Shown: positions 23,271 through 35,682 of the stretch, in pieces
Layout of the letters: every line of letters begins with the position of its first letter
Position numbering within the stretch: the stretch's first letter is position 1
Translations under genes and position numbers: made by a program
The notes under the pieces: model-generated
What the model saw: the letters and a program-made list of their open reading frames with translations, nothing else
What the model was told of the DNA's origin: nothing
Database searches by the model: none
Source: Octopus bimaculoides
Lineage: Eukaryota
Direction of reading: 5' to 3'
Assembly: GCF_001194135.2 (NCBI RefSeq)
Contig: NC_068982.1
Coordinates: forward strand, 51,584,987 to 51,648,986
DNA length: 64,000 nt

Positions 23271-26200
23271 AATTGCAGACAAGTTCTTTTCTAAAGTTGA
23301 TTTCTTTTCTTCCACATCTGTTAGCCATTATTCTTGCTGTTGTTTTGTCATTGTATTATTTAAATGTAATTTTTAGGTGGCAAAATTTTGTTGTTATAAC
23401 TTTTTCTCTTGTAAAGTAGCTTTATGATAATAAAACCAGAAAAATATCCTGAAGATTTTTTTCTTTTATATTTATGTGCATTCTTAGTATTTTCTCAACT
23501 ATTTCTTGAGTATAAGATATATGCATTCATGGCCCAATATTGGTTACTGTTGCAAAAACTTCAATGGTCGGCTTGTGAATTTTGTTTGATATGACTCCTT
23601 ATATTCCAGTATCTTGCAAGGTGGTCATCGAATATTATTTTAGAATCAGCCTAATGAATAAAATATTGCCTTCAAGTTTTAACACAAGGCCAGCAAAAAA
23701 AGCTTTGTGAACAGATTTTGGTAGACGGAAATAAGCCTGCTGTGTGTGCATATGTTTGTGATTCCTTGTCTTGACACCATGAGATTGTTGTAAATGAGTG
23801 TTATTCATTTCCAATATTCTATGAAGCCATTTTTTAGGCATAGGTAAATATTACCTTGCTTGGAAACAGGTGAAAGGTGGCAATAGGTAAGGCATTTAGC
23901 CATAGAAAATCTGCTTCAATAAATCCTATTCAACCCATGCAAGCGTTGCAAAATGATATGCTTTTTGATGTTTCCTCTCTGTGGATTTATGAAGCCGGTG
24001 TTTTGTTTCAGATTTAAGTATGAATTTTCCCAGTGTGTCTTATAATCCATAGGGTCAACTATTTTGTTTTCTGGAGACTGTATAAAGAACTTGTTATAGT
24101 AAGAGTCCAACCTCTCTTTGAGGAATCAATTGTACAAATCTGTGTATATAGTTAGTCCAAGATTTGGATTCCCACAATTCAGTATTCCCTTGTCATCAGC
24201 TCAATACCTTGTTGATTCAATCATCTTTTGTTATCCATCTATCTACATAGGATTTCTATATCAGAAGCGTTTATTCTTGATAGGTAAACTGAGATACAAG
24301 AAACAAAATACTGACAGGGTGAAGATTTATACTCTTCTAGAGCAGGTTTATAAAAATCTTCTAGAGAAGATCTATACCCTTCTCCCCTCTTTATTATTTT
24401 GCTTCTCTTAAAGAAATGATAGATTAAATAAACTATTTTCAATAAATGCTGCTATTATAGTTTTAATTTTTCCATTATATAAAAAGGCCAAATTCATTGT
24501 ATATGATATTGCTAAGTGTGTAGTTAACTTAAGTTTCATTACTACCTCATTTAAAAAAATGATATAGTTAATTGGTTAGAAGTATAGCAGATTTCAAGAA
24601 AAAAAAAAATGATCTAGGAAATTAAAAGGACTTCTGGGATTTTTCAAGGCAGGATGAAGTGAGAGGTTATATTGCCAATACTTACAAAACATTGAAATTA
24701 AAATAGTTAAAAGTACCCAAGAAGGTGATAAATTCTTTGTGCCAAGTAAGGAAAGTATTGCTCTAGTTATTTTGATGTTTGGTTTCTCTCATAGCATTTA
24801 AATACATGCTGAAGTTTTGTAAACTAAATTATTTTCTAGTTTTTATTTTGTAAGTAATTTTCTTTTCCAATGAAATATTTCAAAGCTATCATATACTAAC
24901 TTATACAAACTTGGTATTTTCAGTTTTACTTCAGTAAATCCTAGTTTTCAGTTCAGCACTAGAGAATATTATTTCCACTTCTCAGTGTCTATTTGTTATA
25001 GTCTACAATCTCTGTGTATGTGTGTGTGGTTCATGCTGGCATCTCCCTCTTTCACAAGCAGCTGGACTGGAAATATGTCAAAAGAGGTCATTTAAACTAA
25101 CATGATGCACCAATTGACTGACTGGAATAAAAAACTGCTGAAATGAGTATCCATCATTAAATGGGGAAAAATATAGAATAACATTATCTTGATGTGCACA
25201 ATGACCACTAGAGGGAGGAAAAGTTCAAACAGTTTACCAACAAAGTATTTAGGACAAGTTTCTGTTTTTATTTGTTTAGTTTTTCAAAGTTCTTTGACTT
25301 AGAACTTTATATCTTAATGTTTTTTTTTTTATATTATGGTTGAGATATTACATGTGATAATATTTATTTACTAATACAGACTAAACTAATATCTCTATTG
25401 CTAAAAAATTGGAACAGTTACCAAGTGAAAAGTCTGATGGTTTCTTGTAAAAAAAAATACCAGCTACATTGTAAAGTGCTTTTTGTGTTATAAACAGCTA
25501 GCAACTTTAGCTATCAGCTTGTCGAGACTTAGGATAATATTTCAAATTCTCAATCAATTTGAAGAATGTTTATTTTGAAATTTAACAATGCAATATTTTG
25601 GAAGTGGTGTATGTATATTTGGTCAGGGACAAGGAACCTTTGTCACATTGTTCCATGTAAATATTATACTGTGTCATTTGTTAGCAGTTTCTTTTAATGT
25701 AGTGGAGTTAGACAAAATGTTAACTTATGTTTATCACTGTTGCCAATCAGTTCTGTAGATTAATTGGAATAAACACTAGTTGGTTTGGCAATTTACCAAC
25801 AGGCATAGATAATTCTTGCTACTATTTAGAAAAGTAGTACTAATGTTTAAAAAGAGACCATGCCAAGAAAAAAGAAAAGAGAAAACAAGACAACAGTTCT
25901 GTCATAGCATTCCTTCTGGCCTCCCCCATAGTTTGTTCAGGTGGTTACTCTTAGGATATTGTGATTTGAAGAGCAAGACCTTTGTATTTTATTAAATGGA
26001 GATCATAATAAATAAGAATGACCTACTAATGTATTCCCAAACAGATACTATTTTTATCTGAAATAGTTGAAACATTTATTCTTCAAAGGTTTATATCTTG
26101 GCATTTTAATGAGAACTTGTTAAAAAAAACAAATTGCTTTTTCTTTTATATATGATTTTCATTTCAGATTCATACATACATACATACATACATACATATG

Positions 26201-26709
26201 TATATAAATATAAAAATAGTATGTATAAACTAACTACTTGTTAGAGTAAGGACAATAGATTATTTGATGCAAGTTCATTTTGAGAAGTTCTTTAGAAGTA
26301 AACAAATTTAATGAATGAAAATACTATAATTCTCTTGTATATCACGCACAAAACAGGTTTTATGTGATTGCTTTTAACGGGTGCTATCTAACAAAGCTAT
26401 GACTCATTAGATGTCTGAGATGTTGTTAATATTATTTTCTAGATTATTAATCTAATCTTTAGAATGGGTATTCACAGCTACATTTTGATTGGTCCAGTCC
26501 CCACTCTTCCTAAAGTGTTTTATTCCTAAATTTGTACATGTTTTAGTGCAGAGGTACTCAAACTGACAAATGGTCACCCCAGAATATTTGAGAGATTTTT
26601 GCTCCATTACCTGTTTACTAATTAAACAAAATAGTTTGCACCCCTATAATAATTCTTCTTATAGAAACACCGATCTAGTGAATAAGGATATAATGATCCT
26701 TGGTTTAGA

Positions 26710-27382
26710 AATAAATGTTCATCTCATCTCATCCACCCACTTAATCTCCAATTGATCCAGCTGGATTACCAAGTGAGACCAACCAAGCTCATAAATGTTA
26801 TCCAACCACCTTGGTTGAAGTCTACCCCTGAATCTCCTGTCAGTTGGTTTTTGCCTGTAAGACCTGTCCAGCAATTTTTTTTTTTTTTTTAGAAACATCC
26901 TTACCACATGTCCATAGTATTGAAGCTGTGATCTCTCAATTCACAGAAATAGCAACTCTATCTGGAGCACCCCTCTGGTCTCTGAGCTACACACTCTATC
27001 AAGTAACATTATTCCAAAGACCCCATCTCAGCTGTTTGTATTTACAATCATATTCTTTTGGCCATTACACAAGACCCATGACCATAGGTAAGGGTAGGTA
27101 CAAACACTGAATTGAAGATAGTAAGTTTGGCTTTTACACCTACCTTCCTTCCTTCCTCTGATGACCAAATGTTGAAACTGACACCTTACTGCACCTACTC
27201 CTGCAATTCTTGTGTTTAATTTAGCCTCCTACCATCCATCATTTGTGAAAATGATCCTGAGATACATGAATATTTCACCTACTTCAATGGAACTCCGCTC
27301 ACATGTAGAGTGCATTGCACAGGCTTCTTTGAGGGGACAAGTGTCTCAGTTTTCACAGCACTGGTTTTCATTCTTGCCAAGG
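26710..27382 (-). pseudogene. Rex3/Expander-like (RTE clade) LINE relic, RT C-terminal half to ORF end
   Basis: Minus frames give ARMKTSAVKTETLV, AKLTIFNSVFVPTLTYGHGSCVMAKRI*L*IQTAEMG, SQLQYYGHVVRM and KPTDRRFRGRLQPRWLDNIYELGWSHL, in the motif order of Rex3-type ORFs. Confidence 0.78.
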
Positions 27383-28503
27383 AAGAAATAAATGTTTATT
27401 GTCCAAATTCATGGTAGGACTATATATATATTATATTATATTTAATGTAATATAATATGTATACATACACAGAGGGGATTATCAAATTAATGAAAAAGCC
27501 TCTCTGCATCTCTTTGGCTAAACAGATCAGTCAGAAAAATTCCAGATAATTCAACTAGTCAATTCAAAAGTCAATACAGAGTTAAAAATTGGTCCCAGAT
27601 ATCCTGAAAATCCTGTTTATCTAATAAATTATGTAATGGACTCAAGTTTGAATTAAACCAGGTTATTGAAACATGTAGTAATTTTTTAAAAATTATCCAT
27701 TCGTCCTTGTTTACTATATATCTATATGATATATGAATAAGCCACCTAATGGGAATCAAAAATTAAACTGGTTAAAACATAAGTAGCTAATAGTGATATG
27801 AATACTCCAGGAAATTTTAAATATTTGCTAATTATAATTCGAGTTGCAGAAAAGTTATCCTTTCTTAGATTACAGAAGTTTATCTGAAGAATTATTAAAA
27901 TAACTGTCATTTTTAATACCAAGATAAATGAGATCTATATATCAGTCCATGGTTCACTTTAAATAATGATCGATGAAATGATTTCTAGATTTATCATCTT
28001 TTTTTTATATTGATTCATCTAAATCAATACCATTTTTTAGTTCTATATTTAAGAGATGAGGAATTATTTACATTATTTACATTTGACGGATATGAGGATA
28101 AATATCCATCAAATATAAATAATGTGAATACCATATTTGTTTTCTTTTTTATTTATTTTTTTATTTATTTATTTATTTTCTTCCTTCATGCAAATATGGT
28201 TTAACTGGTTTCTGAAAATTCAAACACTTGTTTGGATATTTGGAACCTACAGGTCAGTCAGAATTCTGCCCTCAGTTGATTCGGCCATGCATGACTGGTT
28301 TTCTATGTTTTATGTAATAATCAATGTAGTAGCAGCAGCAGCTACAGAGCCTTGTGTAAATATTGAAGCTGATATAAAAGTTTGCTTTAAAATTTAAATA
28401 TTTAATTTAACAAATTTTGATGTGAAAACAGTAAACTTTTTGGGTTTTGGATATTATTTAATTTAAAAAGCAGTGTAGATGTTACTGGAGTGAAAATATC
28501 ATT

Positions 28504-28894
28504 GGCGTAGGAGTGGCTGCGTGGTAAGTAGCTTGCTTACTAACCACATGGTTCCGGGTTCAGTCCCACTGCGTGGCACCTTGGGCAAGTGTCTTCTACT
28601 ATAGCCTCAGGCCGACCAAAGCCTTGTGAGTGGATTTGGTAGACGGAAACTGAAAGAAGCCCCTTGTATATATGTATATATGTATGTATGTGTATATATG
28701 TTTGTGTGTCTGTTTGTCTCCCCTAACATCGCTTGACAACCGATGCTGGTGTGTTTACATCCAGTAGCTTAGCGGTTCAGCAAAAGAGACCGATAGAATA
28801 AGTACTAGGCTTCCAAAGAATAAGTCCTGGGGTCAATTTGCTCGACTAAAGGTGGTACTCCAGCATGGCTGAAACAAGTAAAAGAGTAAAGAGT
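28504..28894 (+). mobile_element. Young full-length tRNA-derived SINE, dominant family
   Basis: ggcgtaggagtggctgcgtggtaagtagc...ggttccgggttcagtcccactgcgtggcaccttgggcaagtgtc...gaaacaagtaaaagagtaaagagt. The ccttgggcaagt box resembles the CORE domain; probably one of the described octopus OR-type SINEs (unverified). Confidence 0.92.
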
Positions 28895-29634
28895 CTATTA
28901 GAATGCAGCCATTGCTGTTATTTAATGTTTCAGAATAAGATCTATTGGGATTAGACAAAAATTTACAGAATGCTCTAACATTTTTGAATTGGGTTCTTTA
29001 TGACTGATGGGAAAGTTATAAATTCAATGAATGGATGTGTTGTACTGTTTGCCAGTTTACCAACTTAGTGCTATGACTTGGATTTCTTTTCTTTTAAGGG
29101 AAGGGAGATATAAATTACAGCTGCAGTCTTAGTAAATTACTTTCAAGATTTGAACTCAGCAGTGAAGCTATCATAAGGCATCTAGTTCAGCTATCTCTTC
29201 ACTCCACTAATTTAGCCTTACATGAAAATGTTATTGCTCATTTTAAGATGCTTTATAAATAATACAAGATGTATACAATTTCTTTGAAGCTTTATGATAA
29301 TTATGAATTTCAGTGTTCTAGGTTTATTTGTTTTATGTTAAATACGTTGGATCTTCTTATATTCATTGTTTTATTGTTTTATTTCATTCTTATTCAAAAG
29401 ATATTTGAAATGAAATACATATCTCAATGATATATTATACACCTCAATGCTTGTCTAAGTTTTAAATATATTTCAGAATGCTTTACTTCCTAGTACATAA
29501 TGAAGTTAGTGAAACATTTTTTTTTTTTTTGTTGCTAGTACAAAAGTTAGTTATCCACTTGTTTTCCTGATTAAAAAATGTGGTGGAGGGTTTTAGTTTA
29601 TGATACAACAATGACTTTGGATAAAGAAGTAGAC

Positions 29635-29930
29635 CAGGGGTTCTCTACTATTTTTTGCCTGTGGATCCCTTTGGTTCTTATTTTACTCTACTGGACCCTC
29701 CTAGCTATTCAGTGTTTTTAAAAAACCATATATTTTAATAATTAAATATTATTAGGAAGTGTATAAAAAATATTAAAACATTTTGAGTATTGTAGAAGTA
29801 GAGTATTGTAGAAGTAGAGCACATACATTTTTAACAACAAAATCGTATAAGTGTTATATGGATCCTGGTTGTATAACCAGGATCCATATATAACCCTAAG
29901 TGTCATATGGATCCTGATTGAGAACCGCTG
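29635..29930. mobile_element. hAT-type MITE with an internal rearrangement
   Basis: caggggttctc...gagaaccgctg ends; target duplication aagtagac / aactagac (7/8). Confidence 0.85.
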
Positions 29931-31131
29931 AACTAGACTATTAACCACAGGATCACAGTTTCAAAAGTATATAACTCTACTTGCCCCATTTTGTTTGCTT
30001 GGCAATAGATTTCTTCCCTATTTTATTGATGACTGTTTAATAATAGAAAGAGCATCCATATGTAGGAAGAGTGGGTGGAATGGAATTTAAATAGCATTAA
30101 TTACTTGCTTATTCAGCAGCTTTGCCCTGGCTGCAGTTTATAAGTGAGCATATTAGTCTGTTTATACTGTGACAATAACTTAACCTCTTAAATCTGTCCG
30201 AGTTATAATTATGCATTAAAATTTAAAAGTAGTTTACACTTTAACTGTAAGAAAACAGATTAAAGTTTTAATAACTGGAAGAAATAACTAGAAGGAGACG
30301 GTTATATCGTTGAAGGTGATGAAAGGAATTTTCAATTTCCTCAACAGATTTACTTCTAGAAAGTTAAATGAGACTGCTTGATGACTAACGGAGAAAGTTT
30401 TCCAATTTGCTCTGTTACATATGTAAGACCTACCGTATATGTATATAGCATGCAAGACACTCCTTTAGGGTGTCTTTCCTCAGCTATATTGTAAATACAG
30501 TTAGAATTTTATATATTACTTTACATTATATATTAGCTTAACCTACAGTTGCTTTAATGAATAAAACACATTAAGATGCCTTTATCAAAATGCAAAGTTT
30601 TCCTATGTTCATCTGTTTTGAAATATCTTGACAAAAAAAAAAAAGTAGCGGAGTTCCTTAAAAACAACTCATTTAAATGATGAAGAAGTTAAATATTTTA
30701 TGCAGCTAGCTCACAATAAAACAGTTTCCTACTATGTGAAATTGCTACTACTTATGCTCAGCCAGAGATCGTAAAGAGAAGTAAGAGAAAAAAAAGGGAG
30801 CTTAAGAATAGGATCGTATTATGAAATCCAATATATGAAATATAGTCTATTACTTTTACTTATTCCATGTGTTCTGTCTGTCCATGTGCTTACTTAACTG
30901 TCTCTAACTTTCTGCCCATGTGTTCACTGCTTGTATTACAACTTCTACTTGCTTTACCTCTTTTTTACACAAGCTGCCCACACATGGATATGCATAGGTG
31001 CATGCATATTTATAAATATGCTAGGAGTATTTGAATTCAGAATATGAAATAATAAATAAGCTTAATATCTTTTATATGTACATGATATTGTTATATAATA
31101 TTTCTAAAATATATTCTTCTTTTATTTTCAG

Positions 31132-31172
31132 GTAAGAAACATCTCTGAAATAGTTAAAATGATGTGTTTACA
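31132..31172 (+). other. Candidate 41-nt exon starting with GTAAG (possible recursive-splicing RS-exon)
   Basis: Acceptor ttcttcttttattttcag ends at 31131; donor ACA|gtaagttt at 31173; open in frame 0 as VRNISEIVKMMCL. Based on splice signals only. Confidence 0.4.
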
Positions 31173-33282
31173 GTAAGTTTATATATAATACATATATTTT
31201 CTTATATCTTTTGATAATTTTAACAATTCTATACAGAAGTCTGGTACCAATTATAAGACAAGGAGAAGTGGTTTAAAATATGAATGAAAAAAAGTTATTT
31301 TTAATTAAATTCTCGTGGGTATAACCAGGAGCATAACATTTTGTGTTGAGATCTTGTGTAACTTAGTTTTATATTATGGAGCCAATTAAAACATCAATTT
31401 TGTGATTTTGCTACAAGTTGACCCCAACCAGACTTACAAAACAAAGGTATCATCAACCATGGCAAACAATCCTGTCATTCTTTTGAGTTTTGCATATCTG
31501 GGACTATATTATCCAATATATCCATCTTTCCAAAAGATGATGTGAAATGATTTGAGGAAGATTTAGTTGCTATTTCTAGCAAGTTCAGCAGTTGCATAGA
31601 GGCTTCCATTTTCTTTTCTTTTTTTTTTCCTCAACTTTTAGTTTTGTATTATGGTGTTGTATAATGTTAGCTAACTCTACTTGTGTACTTCAGCATGAAG
31701 GTTGCCTATCAAATTCTTGTGACCTCATCTCACCACCAAACCCCTTCATTTGCTTGTAGTGTGCATTCGACTAGTCAGCCTGGCAAAACAATATATTTTT
31801 CTCTGTCATTTACTATGGTTGAAAATCATAGGCACAGTATGGAGAAGAATGACTGTTTCTGTTTTGCTTCATAAAACTAACATCTCGGTTATGTTGCAAC
31901 TTATTTCATTGAGTTAATTCTGTTTTACCTTAATTTGTATAGTCAGTGTTTTTTTTTTCATATGTATAGGATTTGGGGTTGTGACCTTCATATGCAGATT
32001 CTTGGACAAGTGTTTCCTACCATGGTTTTAGATCAACCAAAGTCTTGTGAAGAATGTATGGTAAATGGATGCTGTGTGAAGTTTCATCAGAGAGACTGTC
32101 TCTGGTCTTGTGTGAAGGACTTAATCCATCACCCAGTTTAACATTCCTATCTGACCTTTTTGTGCCTTGAATGGAGTCCAGTCTGTTGCAATTATTCCAA
32201 TCTGTCCTCAAATCTGAGGATGACTGCCCAACTACCCCACCCCCACTAATTTTGGAAGCTGCAAGCCATTGAAACATGACTGATTATTACTGATAGAGAA
32301 ACAAGCTTATGCTTGGAGCGCTCTTCATCTACATAGGTTTAATTTGGTGTTGCTGAGCATGTTTATGGTTCACCTCCAGATTTACAAAGATTATTTGCAG
32401 CTTTCATGAAGAAAAGGTTGCAAACTATATTAAAGAATGTCTTTGTAATTCAGTTTTACTTAATTTCTTATAAAGAACCTACCAACCTGCTAGAAATAGC
32501 AGCCAAATCTTCAAAATCACACCCTATTTTTAAAATAAATGAAATGAAGAAGGACCCATTGGACAAATTAGTCTTAGATATGCAAGAAAAGCTGATCACC
32601 AGTCATGGCAGCTTAAGGCCAACAAAAATTTCCTTAAGGGTTACAGCTCCTTTTGAGGGTTAGATATATTTTTAGCCTTAAACAATTAACTCCTTTCAAA
32701 TTATAGGATGTGTATCCTACCAAACACATTGTAAATTACATATATATCCTGAGAAGGCTCTCTCTCTCTCTGAGAAAAAAATGTCTTGTCTCTTTTTTTT
32801 TTCCTACCACTTTTACTAAAACGGTCTCTGCTCCTCTGGGCTTGGTTATTACACTCTTATGTTTGCAGAATCAGGTTTAAAAGGATTCATTTTCTCTTCT
32901 CATCACAGATCATACATCCAAAATCCCTTACTGAAAAGAAAAAAAAAACTTTTTACTCAACCCATCTTTCTAAAAATTACCACATCTTAGACTTTTCATC
33001 ATAGTTGGAGCATATCATAAATGAGCAGGTCTATGAACTGCATCACATAGCAGTGAAGGAAAAAAAGTTGGAAGAGTGTAGCATAGTAAAATCCAGTGGC
33101 AAAGCAAAGACCAGTTTTCAACAAAATGGGGACAACATAAGAGACAAACAAAAAAAAGCTGGATGGACAAAAAAAAACTGGATAGTAGGCGCATTAGCGG
33201 AGACTGAGCTCAGACATTCAGATGCAACATTTTGAGAAGCCTGGTACATATCGTATCACAATTGTCTCCTGACAACTTGATC

Positions 33283-33321
<39 letters not shown>

Positions 33322-33323
<2 letters not shown>

Positions 33324-33522
33324 CATCATCATTATCGTCGTCGTTTAACGTCCGCTTTCCATGCTAGCATGGGGTTGGATGATTTGACTGAGGACTGGTG
33401 GACCAGGAGACGACACCAGGCTCCAATCTGATTTGGCAGAGTTTCTACAGCTGGATGCCCTTCCTAATGCCAACCATTCCGAGAGTGTAGTGGGTGCTTT
33501 TATATGCCACCTGCTTTTACGT
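33322..33522 (-). mobile_element. Short RTE 3'-terminal fragment in a (TA)n tract
   Basis: tcatcatcattatcgtcgtcgtttaacgtccgctttccatgctagcatgg...gagagtgtagtgggtgctttt; TA runs on both sides. Confidence 0.9.
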
Positions 33523-35264
33523 ATGTATATATATATTAGTGGAATTAATTTCCTAATCCTTTTTCCCCCCAACTTCTCCAAATCATTTAGTAGTGCTGAA
33601 TATTGATTTGAATGTTTGCATGTGGGAAGTTATGAGAAATCTGGGATGTAACATAGTGGAAATATTGACAAGAGGAGAAACAGGTGTGTTTGGGTCATGA
33701 TGGAGGAAGCATGCTGCTTGCTACTTCAGATCATTAACTGGTAGTTGAAGTAGAAGAGGCAGAGAAAAAAATGGTGCATCTGTCAGCCAATGGTTACAGC
33801 TCGTTTGCAAGTGTTTGCCAATAAGCCAGATGCAATTTATTTTTAAATCCAGACTGTTTAAGTGTGTAGCAGTGGCATTGTCCTAGATGTGTAAGCAATC
33901 TAGGGTCACACTTCTTTTGTAGATGATCAACCACTGGTCAGAGTTGATGTTTTCTCATTTGTAAAAGACTTTTTTGTTTGTAATGCATTTTTGACAATAT
34001 TTCATAAGTAAAGTCACCACAAGATATCATTAGAGATTATGATAGCATTGTACCCTCCTCTACTCCTTTTAATAAGAAGAAACATTCTACCACATGCAGA
34101 ATGTCACAGAATAAGCCTGTCTATCCAGCTGCTGTTTCCCATTGTCAAACTTTGGGATGAATATTAAAGAGGTCTACCCCCAACTGTGTTAATAGTTCTA
34201 GGTATATATGTTGAAATTCTGACACTGTTTCCTTAACACAGCTGTTGGTGGTGTTGAAGGGAGCTGTTAAATGTAATGGCACTAAATGTTTTTTCTCTTT
34301 TTATTCACTTTTTAAAATATTTCTAAGCCATATTTTCTGTGAATATGTCTACATTTGATTCCTATTTTCCTCTAATATTCTGTTTCAGTTGTTCTATGTT
34401 GATTCTAACTTAGATAGGGGACGGGATTTGGCCTTAAAACCTGTATGATTGCTTGTAAACGCCTGTAGTTCTCGTTTATTTTGAGACTATTGTACAGGCA
34501 GATACATCCTTCTTATCAAAGTTAGATTGATTACTGCCATATATTTTTCATGACAGCTAAAGAATTGTAGTGAGACATTGGTTAGTACAAATACAGAAAA
34601 GTGTAAAGAACTTGAAAGGGACTCCTCAGATTACATAAGTCTAGCATGCTGTCATTTAGTTAGTATCCTACTGTTTTAATGTTCCCCTTCTAAATTTTAT
34701 TACATAAGAGCAAAGAACTTTAGGAACTAAAGTTTCAATACCAAAAGTCCATGGAATAATATTCCACACTAGAGGATTCTATTTATGATATTGAAAAAGA
34801 TTTGGCTACACACTAATCTTTACAGATCTAGTAATGGCACCACACTGATGGTTTATTTGGTAGAATTAGAAACAGTTCGAAAGAAGAATGTTTGAAACTA
34901 ATATAGGAATATTCTGCCAGAGAGAAGTTGTTTCCATAGAATACTTATAAACTGAACTATGTAGGGAGTGTATACAAAAGAGAAAAAAAGACAATTTCAG
35001 GAAAGGAGCACTTGCGTAGATTTTTTAGCTCTGATCTTTGAGACTGATTGTCTTGAAAGTGAGCGCAATGCTATTATCCAATTTTTTTTTTTTTTCTGCA
35101 TGTTTAGTCATATTTAGTGTTTATAATAACTAAGTGTACTTTGAATTTATTTAAACTTTCTGCTAAATGGAGTGTTTAACTTAAATTGATGTTTGAATGA
35201 TACTGGCAAGCTTTAGGGAAATTGGTTTTTTTTCATGCAAAGAGTGTTACCAAAATTCCTTTTT

Positions 35265-35682
35265 ACCTTTTCACTTGTTGCAATCATTATAAATCATTAT
35301 ACTGCAGCCATGCTGGAGTATTGCCTTGAAGAATTTTAGTCAAACAAAGCGATCCCAGTATCTTTCTTTAAGCCTTGCACTTATTCTGTCAGTTTCTTTT
35401 ACCAAACCACTAAGTTACATGGATGTAAACACACCAACACTGGTTGTCAAGCAGTAGTAGGGGACACAGACAAACAGATGCATGTGCACACACACACACA
35501 CACACACATATATTTACAAATGGTGGGTTGCTTTCAGTTTCCATCTATTAAACCCACTCACAAGGCTTTGGTTGGACCAAGACTGTAGTAGAAGTCACTT
35601 GCCCAAAGTGTCATGTAGTGGGACTGAACCTGAAACCATGTGGTTTGGGAGCAAATTTCTTACTCCAAAGCCATACCTGCAC
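35265..35682 (-). mobile_element. tRNA-derived SINE, dominant family (older copy)
   Basis: Reverse module order with a (CA)n core; ends ccaaagccatacctgcacc. Confidence 0.8.

Noticed and set aside
32406-32663. 85-aa ORF MKKRLQTILKNVF...
   Set aside because: The second half is the (CAA)n-tailed repeat family; the upstream extension hits a stop with no usable acceptor.
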